Shown piece after piece: positions 1 through 13,628 of a stretch of DNA of 64,000 nucleotides (its first letter is position 1; every line of letters starts with the position of its first letter). Source of the DNA: Trichinella spiralis (Eukaryota). Under the pieces are notes generated by a model that ran no database searches, was not told the DNA's origin, and was given only the letters and a program-made list of their open reading frames with translations. The position numbers and the translations under genes were made by a program. The stretch lies in NCBI RefSeq assembly GCF_000181795.1, contig NW_003526944.1, positions 2,345,434-2,409,433 of the forward strand, in the 5' to 3' direction.

Positions 1-1277
1 TATATTGAAAATATTTCCACATTCATCAAATATGAAATTTTCAACCGATCAAATTTGCAAAAGAAATGCAAATGTAAAGTACAAAATTTCAAAACTCGTA
101 TCGATTGAATTTTAGTAATTGAACTCAATTTCAACAATTTTACGCAATTGATTGTGAACTTTTATCACATCAAACCGGTGCAGCATAGTTTGCAAATGAA
201 AATAAGACGAACATTTGATGATAAGAAATGAACAGATCCACCAGCAGTCAATCAGTCAGTCGAAGAACAATATCAAGTGCATTAATTATCAGCTTATTTA
301 AACTAGATTTGCACTACACTTTCTCAGGACTATTCAAAATTGAAAAGCTGTCAAAAAAAATTGACAACCTTTCTCCACTGAAACAACAGTGTTGCAAAAG
401 AAAAGAAAATAAAATTTCAGCTTATTTTTCTGACACAAAACACGTTACCCTACTGTACAAAACAAGGTGGCATTAAATTTGTTTTCTTCATTTGCTGCTT
501 TGAACGTTCATCGATTCTTACTTGATTATCATTAATTACAGTTACCCTTTTGTTAGTTTTTCAAAATGTAGAATTTGAGAACAAATTAAACACTCGGAAA
601 AATCATGCAAAACAGTAAAATACAAACATTTTCCACTCTACTGACCTGTTCTAGTCGTCAAGTTTTCTCTCGATCATTTCTCTTCGTTGATTGAATGTAC
701 AATAACTGTTCGATTCTAGTATCGTACGGCATTTGAAAATTTTCATTCCTCCTCATTCTCTCTCTTTCTGTTTCTCTCCGTGTTCAAAAAATAGCAACCA
801 ACTAACTTTACAACAACAACAAAACTAAAATAAAAACAAACAAAAAGAAAACAAGAACATGATTTTCACAAACAAAAATACTCACTTTTGTTGAAAAAAA
901 TATTATTTTGGCAACAAACTTATAGTTGATGAAAATGGAGTGAAAATGTTTGGAAATTTGTATTGTATTGCAAATTAATGCTAAAAAATCAATTCAAAGT
1001 TTCATATAATATAAATATATTATAATGAGATAAATTCAATTTCACACATACATTAATTATAATATCAATTTGTTCACTGATCCAAAGCAGATGATGGTTC
1101 AAAGCTTATTATTACCAAACGCTTTGTACAATTAATTAAGTAGGCTAATAGATAAATAGGCACAATAACTTTTGACTCGTCTTCTCTCATTCGCCTGCAA
1201 AATGCTAATATTGTCTGTCTTGTGAGCATAAAATAATAATAATAACGTCTGTGGCAGCACACGTTTGTCCGCTTGCT

Positions 1278-3963
1278 TCAAGACGGCATAGTGGGACTCT
1301 TCCGCGACGACGGACAACGCAATACCATACAACCTCGACCGTTGCTGTCGAAAAAGCGCCGAAAAGTGAATTCATAAAATGCATGATCGTCCACGGTCGA
1401 GTTGCTGCTGTTCGGATCGAACGATTCCAGCCTGGGTTCACCTCCATCGTCGATCGAGTCGAAATTCGACGTGTCGGCGGCATGCAATATTTCCGGCTGG
1501 TAGGGGGCTTCCATGCGTCTAAGATTTTCCCAGTCGATGCAGCTGAAAAATGGATGCGCTTTGATCGACGCGGCCGACTTGTTCTGACCAAGTCGATGTT
1601 CCACTGAACAGCAAAGTCTCAGTATGAGGTCGACCACTTCGACCGACAAGTGCGCCTCAACCGGGATGTGCAAGCATTGGCGCCAGTTGATCACTTTCGC
1701 CTGGGTCTGTTCGGGCGTGTCGGCTAAAAAGGGCGGCTGACCGACCACCATCTCGTACAATATCACGCCCACCGACCACCAGTCGCACAGGCGCGTGTAG
1801 CCGGTTCGCAAAAGTACTTCTGGCGCGATATAATTGGGCGTGCCGACCAGAGACAACGCCTTGCGGTGTTGGTGCTGTTTCTGCTGCCTGACAACGAGCA
1901 CTTGGTCGTGAGGTGAGCTGGTGCCCAAGCCGACCGAAGATGACCAGTCGTCGTAATCCACTTCTTGTTCGTCGTCGGACTGACGGTCGCGGTAGTACTT
2001 TCGGTCGTGGGTCCACCGGAGTCCGGTGCAAAGACCAAAATCGGTGAGCTTGATGTGCCCGTCCCGGTCGATCAGTATATTATCCGGCTTGATGTCCCGA
2101 TGGATGAAGCCCAACCGATGCACACTTTCCACGGCGCAGACCAGTTCGGCAATATAAAAGCGAGCCAAATTTTCGGAAAAAATCCCCTTCTTGATCAACA
2201 ACGTCATCATGTCACCGCCGGGGATGTATTCCATGATAAAAAACAGACTGTCCCGATCTTGGAAACTGTAGTACAATTTCACAACCCATTCGTTGTCCGC
2301 TTCGGATAATATATCCCTTTCCGCTTTGACGTGGGCGGCTTGATTGCGCTTCAGCACGTCGAACTTGCGCAACACTTTCATCGCAAACAACGTGTCCGTG
2401 TCTTTGCGACGCACCAACACCACCTCGCCGAAAGCCCCCACGCCGATGGTTTTCAACCTTTCGAACATCGACGGCGCCATCTTTTGCCTTTTCAAACGCA
2501 AATAGCTGCTCTCTTTCTGCGCTAGCAGTTTGCGCATTTGACATTGTATTTGCACGGGAAAATTGGCACGGGCCATTTCCTGTTCGATCTGCATGCGCCG
2601 GTTCACACGCTCCTTGTAGACCTTGACCACGTTCTCGACGTGCTGTTCCATGAAAAAGCGAAACGCTTTCGCCGTACACTGCTTCACCGCACTGCTGCTG
2701 CCGGTTCCATTCTGCAGCAGACGCTTTTCCAAACCTTCGGGCAACGGCGACTCGCACCGTTTTTTCACTTTTTTCCATCCTTTTGAACTAAAGTCACCGC
2801 TGTTGTTCAAACCTGACGATCCTGATCCGCCACCGGTATTACTGTAGACGCTTTTCGAAGCCAGCAATAAATCATTCGCACGACGACAAAGATTTTCTAT
2901 ATATTCTGCATCTGGTGCTTTAGTTGAAAAATCCTGAACACACAAACACAAACAGGCATAATTAAATTACACATGTAAACAATTCTAACAACATTGAACA
3001 AAGAAACAAATAACAATAAATATAGCTCACACTGACCATTTGAGCGCTGGTTCGTTGGTCATAGTCGTCATTAGGCGCCAGTGCATTCCAACATGCAGTG
3101 GTGGTGTTGGCGGCGGCGGCGGCTGGTAAATTCCTCTTGGTGTAGTGGGGCAAGTTTCGAGCCCACGGCTTCACTGCAGCTGAATCCTCGGCAGCAGGTT
3201 GGGGAAATATGTTGTAGTTCACATTTGGCTTGCATCGAACAGGCTCGACAGCAGAACGCTGGGCACTGACCATTGGTAGATTGTTGCTGAGCACGGTGGT
3301 GCTTGTCTGAGCTTCGCACCGATTCTGAGGGACGAAACGTGCACCGCTTGCACCGGCAGCGTAGGCGTTATTCTTGGATTTGAGCAAAAAGTCGACCGCG
3401 TTGTACAGTCCAGAACAGTGGGTTGTTTTCAACGCTTGCCATGCGCTGTGCTTGTCGAAGCCGATCTGCACCAACGATTCGAGCATATCCACCGGCCTCT
3501 GCTGACCGGCGGATGTGGCGTACTTGTTGGCGGTGTTGGTTTCGGATGGCGGGGCGGCGCCGGTCGCCGAGTACGGACTTCTGGCCAACGCCCGACCCAA
3601 CTGCCGTTGCGCTTGGGTGGACAACTGCAACGCGTTGTCGTACGGCAACAAGCTGCGGCGAATCTCCATCAACGCTTCCTTGTGACCGCACCGACCGCTC
3701 TTCGTACCGGTCAACACGTCGCCATGATCGTTTGCAGGTTGAAACAACGACACCGGCGACGGCTGACTGCCCGACTGCAAACAACTGGCCACACCCGTCG
3801 CCAACGGCACCCTGCCCATCCTGGGAAAAGCCGAACTGCCGGACGGTGGAGCATTCGGCTGCTGGTGGTGGTGGTGGTGGTGATGACCGATGCTGGTGTC
3901 GGTGTCATTGAGACGGCGCCTCAGACGTACAAAAGGCTGCTGAGGGTCAATATGCTCTGCCAT
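1278..3963 (-). CDS. LATS1: LATS/Warts (NDR-family) Ser/Thr kinase of the Hippo pathway; 2 coding exons (3963-3037, 2933-1278), about 860 aa
   Basis: Exon 1 has the LATS motif HKEALMEIRRSLLPY and a UBA-like segment (MLESLVQIGFDKHSAWQALK...AVDFL). Exon 2 has the MOB-binding region FRFFMEQHVEN, kinase motifs GVGAFGEV, HRDIKPDN, DFG and SLVGTPNYIAPE, and the hydrophobic motif HAFYEFTFRRFF. A phase-0 GT..CAG intron (3036-2934) joins the two ORFs in frame. Confidence 0.96.
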
Positions 3964-5779
3964 TTTTGCAACGCACCACCGCGTTCCAACAACTTGCACT
4001 TCTTAAATACAACACCAAAATGTCCTTGAATGCTAAAACACAACCTATTTTATTTTTAACTGTCATCACCAGAAAAATCAACCCTCTTCTCTATCTATAT
4101 AAATTTATAATTGAAACAACCAATTAATACACAATCACATCAAAACACAGTTGGCACACAATTAATAAGTTAAGACCATTTTTTAAATATTTTATCAAAT
4201 AATTTTTACCATTCCCATAATTGATGATGAAATATCAAAATTGAACGCTCATTTTTTCATAACCGTACACGTTTCGCATTCCGGTTGTTAGTTAATGCAA
4301 ACATACATAGCAAAAGAACCATTATTATTATTATTCTCGTCATCAAATTTCTTTTTAAAAAGTTGCACGAAAAGTAAAACAAAAACCAATTTTAGGACAT
4401 TTTCTCTTCTGAAAATCAATATTCAAGTAAAAACGTAATAATAAATATTCAAATTGACAAAGTTGAAAACTACAAAATAATAACGAATGTGTATCACATG
4501 AACCAAAGACCGGTTTTATCTGATGCAAATAACCAAGTTTGCCCGTCAATGCAATCAGTACTGTACAATATTAATTGTTTAACAATTTTCTTGATAGTAA
4601 AGTTGAAATAATCACTTCGGGGAGAAAATTACAAGAGATGAAATGAAAATGACATTAACAAAAATACTTACAGAACGCTCTAACAAATAACCAGGGTACA
4701 TGAAACCAAAGGCAGCTGAATTCAATGTCGATGAAGCAAATTAATTGAAAAGTCGATTTTGTGCTTTGCAGACCGACGTAATGCTATGAGCAATTCAAAA
4801 TACACGCCTAGCATTTATGACAAATGCGAGACCAGGTTTTTGTTATTGACATTGCTGAGTAATGTGGAAGCAATCCGGCATGAAAGATTAGCGGCCGTTC
4901 AGCACATTTCCATCGAGCTTACACAACTTGCGCACATTCCAAAAATATTTTTTCCACTCTGCAGATGTTCTCAGTAGGCTATTTCGAATCGCATGCTAAA
5001 AGCAAACAACGCCGGACTTTTGCCGTAGGCCAATAATGAGCAATACGCGGATGATTCAACGAACAAAATCAAACAAAAAACTGAATCAAGAAAAAACAGA
5101 AATGAAAACTATTAGTCAGCTTGGAATTCCACTATGATATACTGGTCGACGAGTGATTCTTCTCAATGTGCATACATTAAACAAAGCGAATGACGACAAC
5201 ATTCACAGTTCGTCCATGATGGCATTCTGGAACCAAGTGGAGATACTGAACAAAGAAAATAAACAGATTCTGCTTATATTTGTTGATGCCAACTATCGCA
5301 AAGCAGTATTAAATCATCTGTAAACGTATAATTTCTAATCTACTTTATAATATGTGCAGTTTTCAATTTTTTATAGAAATAAGAGCGACAGTAAGAACAA
5401 AAGATAAATAGGTTTCATTCAAGTTAAATTCCAGACAGCAAACAGGAATTTATCATACTGTAGGAATGAAGGAATGATAAAATACGTTTCCATAAATTGA
5501 TCAATTTTAAGTAATACACAACCAAACAAGTACGTATATTAAAAAATTTCCATAATACTTTTCTCGTTTTATTAAATTAAGTTTGAAAAACAGTTCATTC
5601 ATGTTTAAACATGTTTCACTGAATGTTTACAACAAAACGTAGCATAACAAAAAACAAGCTCGAAGTAAACTATTTTATCAATGAACAATAAAAGCTGTAC
5701 ATGGAAACACAAGAGGAATGAAAAGTAAAGCAGATAACGTAAAATTAGGCTGCTTTTAAGTTATTTATTCTTCTCAATT

Positions 5780-8633
5780 TCTCAGCTATGTATTCTTCTT
5801 TAAAATTCTAAAATGCAATGTGCTAAATAAATTGAATGGCAACTTCCATTTCCAAATTCTCACCTCTGAAAACTGAAACCAAACTGACATCCAACCAAGA
5901 AGAGAACTAATTTTTGCATTGCTTTGTTTCAGAAACAACAAGTATTCATTAATAGAATTGTTATAGCTAAAACAATTATCAAAAGCAATAATAATATCGC
6001 GCAAATTTGAATTACACTAACCTATCATTTATTTCAGATTCATCTTCTTGCAATTTTAATAGCTGATCTTCATAATTATCATTTTCAAGAGATTCGACAT
6101 ATTCTCTGAGCTGTTCAAATTCGTCGAACCATTGTTTAATCAATTCGGCACGACGCTGAAAGCGCAGCATTAAAAAATATTACTACTTTTTAAACTTCAT
6201 TGACGATGAAATTTAAAAAAACAAGCTTACAGTCCTCTCATTTTCCATATGCATCTCCTTGGCGTGGTGTTTCTTTTGCATCTCGTTGAGGCGCTTTTCC
6301 GTTTGACTTCGCAAGCATTCCACTTGCTTCAATTCCAACGTGGTCTTCACTAACGCGTCATTCAATTCCATCTGCTTATTGTTCATCAGCATTTTGTCTT
6401 GTCGAATAACAGTCTTTAAAAACAACAACAATATTAGTAATTAATATATGCAAAAATATTAAATTTATACAATTGCATTAAATTTCAATTGTGTCGACAA
6501 ATCAGAGTCGTGTAGTGAAAGATGTAATTTGTTGAAAAAGTCTAACGTCAGATGGCATCTGTGCTTCAAATTTTCAATCATGCGCCACACTTCCAAGCAT
6601 TTTAGGTTCAGCTAATGGAAATATAAAATCAGTTAAATTTGGTTATTTCACAAAAAAATATGCAAAAACAAAATTACTCTTTCCTGAGATAAAATAACGC
6701 TGTTTGTGAGACCGGAACGATGATTTTGTACTTGTGCAAGTTGTTCCTTTGCAATTTGAATTTGCTGTTCAACCTGGAAACAAATTATTACAAAATTTAT
6801 ACTTACTTGGTTAACAAATTCATACACGTTCAGTTTTAGTTTTCAAGTTTTGAGACGCATTGAAAGACTGCTTTCTTTTATCCAAAGCAATAATAGCTTC
6901 CTGCTCTTCAGCATGCTTTGATTCGATCAGCAATTCTAGAATTAATATATATATGAATATATATATATATTCATATTTTATGAAAATTAACCGCTCAAAA
7001 ATATCCACTTACTAAGTTCTTGCTTTCGTTTATCGGCAAGATCATGTTCATTTTTTAAAGCAACAAAGAACTGTTCAGACTGTTCAATTTGTTTCTCAAC
7101 TTCGACTACTTCCTGGTCCAATTTGTCCACCAAGTCTTGTTTCGCCAACAAATCGTCCTAAATATGCAAATTGTTCATTCAGCTATTCAGATGCATGCAA
7201 ATTTTAAATCGCATTTAAATTTATGATTCCAAATAATGCTTACCAAACGATTAGTCCAAATATCGGTTTGCTCTATCAGTTTTTTATTTTCCTTTTTTAA
7301 TAATTCATATTCATCTTTTATCGATTCACACGACAAGCCTGAACATGGCTATTGAAATTGCTGTACTTGTTCAATGTAAAAAATTGACTTACAGTCGTCA
7401 AATGAGTCAAGAGCACAATGTCGTCCTTGAATTACCTGGCAAAAAGTCTCCTTTTCCACATCGAATAAATTCTAAATAATTTTAAAAATTATAAACATCC
7501 ATTGAAAACATTTATCCTTAAAAAACATAATTAACATACTCTTTTCAAAGAATCTGCAGAAATAAGTGCATCCAAATTAACCAACTGAAAGAACTAGAAG
7601 AAAAAAGATCTCACGATGTAAAAAACATACCTCAACGCTTTCAAATAGAATTCTTACTTTGATTTCTTCAACAAACCAATAAAATATACCAATTATGTGA
7701 GGAATAGAACTCGGTGCGCTTAAAGTTTGCAATGTAGATTTTTTCACCAAATACGGATATTCCAATTCTTTTAGATATCGAAGAATATCTTCTTCGAATT
7801 TGTTTATTTGAATAGGACATCCCATAATTGCTTCCAAGAAAAACTAAAAAATCTATCATAAAGTTCTAAATAGACTAAATCAAAATTCGTAATACTTGAA
7901 TCAGTGCTGTAAAAGTAGATTTGGTTATATTTCGCAGAGTTTTCTCTTTAGCCATTTCACCAGGAATGTAATTTTGAAGAAACTAATAAAATTCCAATAA
8001 TGCACATAAATAAGTATATTAAATAAACTAATCGTTAAATTATAAAAAAAAGCTTTAAAAAGAGATTTTTTATAAACACAAATATACAATGAATACTTAC
8101 AGCAGACACTTCTTTTATCATATTTGCAACAAATTGTTTATCATTTAGTGGTCGCTGGTCTTTTTCAAGAGTGCTAAAAAATGTGAATTTCAAGTTTTTT
8201 AAGCAATAAATGAAAGATGCTCAAGTAGTAATTAGAGTGGTTTTCTGTAGAAAAACATCTCAAAATAAAATATATGTATAAAAGTTAAAAATTGTTTATC
8301 ATGAACATTTAGCTACAACAACAGTAAATAAAACGTATTCTAACAAACTTAAAAAGAAATTAAACAAGATATATTTCAATTCAATTTCAAAATAATAAGT
8401 AAAAACAGATTTTCGTTGTAACAAAGACAATCTAATTAATACTTTTTTCAGCATGAACAAATGAAATTGATAAAATTAATTTACGTTTTTCGAAATGAGT
8501 TTTCCAAATAAACTACGTTCACTCTATTACATGCATCTTCACTTTGTTCTTGTTTCATTATGGCACTTAATAGAGTAGAACTAGGAACATTTGCAGCCGG
8601 GGTGGCGTATAGTCGAAAATTACTTTCATCCAT
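5780..8633 (-). CDS. NDC80: Kinetochore protein NDC80/HEC1, multi-exon; 3' end approximate
   Basis: Exons translate to KDQRPLNDKQFVANMIKEV and KFEEDILRYLKELEYPYLVKKSTLQTLSAPSSIPHIIGIFYW, matching the HEC1 calponin-homology domain. Long coiled-coil exons follow (about 6020-7450). ATG at 8633 follows a TTTTCAG acceptor. The last exon and stop are not firmly resolved. Confidence 0.88.
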
Positions 8634-9878
8634 TTCGTTCTGAAAAAAGATTAACACTTTAAAATGGTGAACTGCCTAAAAATTACAATTATTTAAATGC
8701 ATTATAAAGTAGTAAAATTGAAAATACTACTATTTACTCCAAATTCAACATTTAACTGAAGTGAAAAAGTAACCAAAGTATAAAAACAAGCAAAAAAATT
8801 GATAAAATTCATCACAAAAACTAAAAATTTTCAAGTAAAAGAAAAACTATTAACATTATTAAGACCTTCATTCCTTTAGAATGAAATAATGTAAGTGATG
8901 TAAAGTTGAAACGAAAATAAATCAATCAAAATGAAGAAATTGCAATGCACAAATAAATAAAAATTATACATATATCAGAGAAAATATTATAGCTTCGAAA
9001 ATCAAATCTGTTATATTTTATTGAAGAACTGAAACTGAAAAAGTAAAAATATAAAAAAAATTGGGCTAATCAATAACCTGTGCTACATACGCTCCCACTC
9101 GAAATGTACCGTAGTCGTATTTTAAAAATTACAGTACACTTATATAGGTAAAACTGTTGTGAATAAATGTTATTCAGTAGCATCAGATTAGGAAAATTTG
9201 AATTCATCCAATAAATTTAATTATATTATTAATTTTTCAGAAATCATACGTATTGATAAAGAAAAATACCAACTTATTTTTGTAATTATTTCTAATCTTT
9301 ACAAGTGGAATAATTAATTTTAAAAAAGGGAAATAAAGTAATATTTGAGCAAAATTTTCAAATTCTGTGATTATTATTGATATTAATAGTCTATAAATTT
9401 TGTTTTCTTACTGTAATTGCCTAATTTTTTATTTCTAGAAACAACCGCTTTGTTTATTTGTATGAAATTTAAAATTTTAGTAAAATTTTTTAACAAATGT
9501 ATACATATTACCAAAGTATTAAAAAATTTGTAATTATGAAAACAATTTGTACTGTAACAATAAAAAAAGAGTAAAAAGTGGTAAATTTCGTTGTTGATGA
9601 AGCTGAATAGATATTCACAGGGGGATGCGTAATTTTCAGTGGCGAAAAAAAATTGTTAACAAAGTGAAATGGTGTTTTAAATAAGTATAGCCTTGAAAAC
9701 TGTTGATTTGACACCAAACAACGTTTGTTTTACTAGTGATAATTGATTTGAAAATTTCAGATTTTTTCGTGTCTTGTTGAAATAAAATTTTTCTCAACAA
9801 CAAAAGAAAAATAATTCAAATCTTGCAAAGAGTGGAGTATAGATATCTGGGAAAAGAAAATATTTGATGCAAAAAAGT

Positions 9879-10110
9879 TGACGTCATCGTCTGGCAAAAG
9901 CAGATGTGGATGAAGATTTGCTGGCTAGCCACAGCGTTTGTTTGGCCCGAGGTGAAGCAGTTGGAGGCTGGTTAGTTATTAGCAGTTGTGGCTTTTCGTC
10001 GGCCGTTTGCTCTTTTCTAGCCGCTTCGGCGTTGTTGTTTACACCACGCTGGTCAATCGCTGATTGGTCCGCCACGATTGGCCAGAGCTCCGCCTACGCG
10101 TGACACGCGT
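9879..10110 (+). promoter_or_regulatory. Putative promoter of the IER-like gene: perfect CRE, two inverted CCAAT boxes and an ACGCGT palindrome
   Basis: TGACGTCA at 9879-9886, ATTGG at 10063 and 10077, and ACGCGTG-A-CACGCGT at 10096-10110, all in a locally CpG-rich patch 430-660 nt upstream of ATG 10536. Confidence 0.55.
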
Positions 10111-10535
10111 CGTATGCGAAAGCAATAAACTGGTTTTATCGATCAATTGAATGTCACTCTTCTTGGTTGGTGGCTGCTGCGGCGGCGTCGGATGCTGCTT
10201 GTCGACGACGATTGTTTTCATACGCGCTACGCTTGAAGCTTAAACTTCTCCTCTCGCCCTGATTGCTTTTCTTTCCTATTCGACCATTGGAAAACGTCGT
10301 CGTTGTTGTTGTTGTTATTATTGTTGTTTTTTTCCTCATAATTGACTCGAAAAGTTTTCTTAAAAACAACAAATAAACAAATAAACAAAAAGCTGAGTTA
10401 CACATCCCACAGCTTCTTCTTGTTTTATTTCGTTTATTTGTGTTTGTTTTCTGTTGGATTGTAAGTTTTGTTTATTTATTTGTTTGTTTGGTTGGTTGTT
10501 TGTAATTCGCTTCGCCACTAGGCGGCCGTTGCTCA

Positions 10536-13069
10536 ATGACGACGATGGCTAATGATGAGAACGAGATGTGCGAAAAGCTGATCGAGTTGAGCTTTGCCAA
10601 AATTGTCAGCAGCAAGAGCGGACGTGGCGGCACGTCGTTGAGGAAAAATCTGCTCATAGTCCAAGTGCTTCATCGCGCCAAAATGGAACAGCGCAGAAGG
10701 TGACAATTTAAATTTTTTTAAAATTGTTCTACTCTTTTTTTTTCATTATCTCTCTCTCTCTTTATCGCCGGCCCAACAGCGGCAATTCAATTTCATATAC
10801 TGAACAGTGTACTGAGTGGGCTGAGAACCAGGAAATGAATAATACTTTTTCAAAAATTGCTCAATTACGTCATCAACGCGAGTTATCGTTGTTGTTTTGG
10901 CGCTGACAACGCCAGTCTCTATATCATATGGTGACTTGTTGATCGATTTTCGGCAGACATGACTTTCTCCCTTTTGGCGCTCGAATGCCGACAGACAGAC
11001 AGCCAGCCTTGTTCACACCCAGACAGACTATTTTAACAGGGAAATTTTGAAAAAAAAATACCATTTTCTTTCCCCACTCCGAACGTCTTCATTCACTTTC
11101 GATGCATTTCAGACGTGTAAAAATTGAACCCAATTTTCACCCCGTTCAAAAAATACTTTTTTCTCACTTTCTCTATCCCAACTCGCATCTTTTCCATTTC
11201 CCTTATCTCTGTTGTTTATTTTCCAGTATGACTGACGTACGTTGTTTTCACACTCAACGGCCGGTTTTCTCTCGTCTCTTCCTTACCCAAGTGTTTTGTT
11301 TTGATTTTTTTTTCACTCTCTGCTTTAACTATAATGAAATTTTCTTCTACAGTTTTATAAAAAAAAACAAATCGATACGCGCATCATTTGCATATTTTAC
11401 ACTCCGCCATTTGTTCGTTTGTATCAAGTTATCAAGTTTGATACAGTCAAGGGTTTTTGAGTGTGCGCGTCCGTGTGTGTGGCAATTTTATTGTTACACA
11501 TTCAGAATTATATGTCACAAATTGAACCGTTTTTCGCTCGTTCGAATGTTTATTTGGGTTATGTTACAGTAGGTTGGCAAATTTGCTGACAATCAAGTTT
11601 CTATTACTTTAATATGTCGAGCTTGCATCATTTGAAGAATTTTTTTTACCATTTTCATTTTTTGAATTTTACAATCATAAATGGGCAAATTATTTAATAT
11701 TGAGCTAAATTGATAATTGGAAAAAAATGTGTATTGCTTGTTTGATTGTTGATTTCGATCGGCATCGATGAACATTAACAAAAATTAGAGGATGTGAAGT
11801 TTTTTCAAATGGTTGAAATTGCCATTTTTTCAAAAAAATATGACTGGCGTTTGTAAAGGGAAAGCATTGCCTTTTTTCAACCGGTTTTTACTCAGTTTGT
11901 TTATTCCTGTTTCTGTTGCTCACATCAGCATGTTGAATTCATGGAAAATGTTTATTGAAAATACATTCTAGTTTTTTAAAGTGACTTTTGTTATTTATCA
12001 TGTAAAATTTTCATAATAATTGTTCGGGGAATCAGTGAGAAAATGAAAAAAATTTTTTTCTAATGTTAATATTTATGTTATTATTTTTCAAAACAACAAA
12101 TGCGTCTGGACTGAGGCTACGTCTGCCAATGAATTCGCTGCTGTCTGTGAATGTTTTTTTACGTTAATCTTTTTTATCTCTAAGCTAATTTTTATACCAG
12201 ATTGCATCAGTTTTCAATGAGTGTTCGTTCACGTGATTTGTATTCGAACAATTTTAGGCAATTTTTACAAACATCTTCATACGGTAAATTGATCAATCCG
12301 TCCTACGGTTGCGAATCGTCATCGCCTGATTCTTCTATCAATTCAGCAGCAGCAGCTTACTCTTCTGACTTGGCCGACCTGCAGGATAGGTGCGCCGAGT
12401 TGGAAATCAGTGAATCATTGTTGAACGCTGGTCGTTACGATGTATACAACGGATTTAGTCAGGGTAGCCGACCAACTGTTGTTCCAGACGGATACTGCGA
12501 TTCGAGGTTTTCACAACAACAGCCACTAGCCGAAGAAATGTTTTACGCATCTCCTCCGTAAGTGTTGAAATTAGATTGTCGTCTGTTTGTCTGTCTGTGG
12601 AAATGCAGTGTTGATTTTCAGGTACGAAGATTATACGTGGTCATGTGGTGAAACACACAGTGCCGGAATAGAATGTGTGAACAGTATCAGCAGTAGCAGC
12701 AGCAGCAGCAACGACATTCTGTTCAGTCAGGATCAGATTTCTTGTAATAATAATAATAGCAACAAGACATTGAAACGTAAAACTGAATTCAACGACGACA
12801 ACACCTCGCAAGATGAGATTAGTTGCGACTGCTGGGTGTTGCCGAAACGTGCTTGTGTTGGTCACTCGTTGGACGGCGGCGCACCGGTAGAAGTGGCGTC
12901 GTCGGATGAGATGTTGGCCATTGGAAATGAGAATCCCGACTCGAACTTTGACGAATTTTTCTCTTTTTTCACACCAAGCCTCCCGGCACAAGTGGACAAC
13001 AGCGCTGGACATTCCACTGATCACAGTCTCCCATGTCCCAGTCTGTTGGAGTTGATCTGTGAATCATGA
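10536..13069 (+). CDS. Immediate early response (IER2/IER5/IER5L-like, SERTA-related) protein; exons 10536-10699, 12201-12557, 12622-13069
   Basis: Exon 1 encodes MTTMANDENEMCEKLIELSFAKIVSSKSGRGGTSLRKNLLIVQVLHRAKMEQRR, which resembles the IER N-terminal motif (LS..KI.SSR..RGG..LHKNLLVS.VL..AR, recalled from memory). Both introns are phase-2 GT-AG and join track ORFs 12202-12561 and 12587-13069 in frame. The remainder is Ser/acidic low-complexity sequence. Confidence 0.8.
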
Positions 13070-13121
13070 AGAAGAAGAATAAGGAAAAGCTGACATTTTT
13101 TTGGAAAATCAACACAACCAA

Positions 13122-13161
<40 letters not shown>
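13122..13161. repeat. (ACT)n microsatellite, about 13 copies, in the 3' UTR of the IER-like gene
   Basis: Read directly from the sequence. Confidence 0.95.
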
Positions 13162-13628
13162 AATTTATGAGTTCAAATTTTAATTATTTTTTACTTTTTT
13201 TTTCAAACGGTCGTTGTTAGCTGTCTCGAAAGATTTTTCTTAGTTGAAATAATATTTTTTCATCGCTTTGTTTTCTCATCTGTAGGGTAGAAACTTTCCG
13301 TTGCTGCCACTATTTTGAAAAACAGAAAAAAACTGCTGTCGATAAGTTGTAATTTTGCGACCGTATTATTATTTATTTTTTCTTTGAATAAAAGTGTTAC
13401 ACGCGTGAATATTTTTTTAAAAATCTTTTTCTGGTCTGGTGTACTGTAAAAATGATGAATTTGGAGAAAAACTGGAAAAATGGCACAAGTTTGAATTTTG
13501 TACGATTGTTGTTGTTGTTGTTTTTTGTGATTGGTCAATTGAGTGAAGTGAAAAGAAATCAATCCGCTGCGCTCAATGTGTGGTTGAAAAATCGGTTCAG
13601 TATCGTCGATTGAGTAACAGTTGCGACG

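Noticed and set aside
1205..4029. Many overlapping alternative-frame and antisense ORFs over LATS
   Set aside because: Expected from stop-poor GC-rich coding sequence; no recognisable domains.
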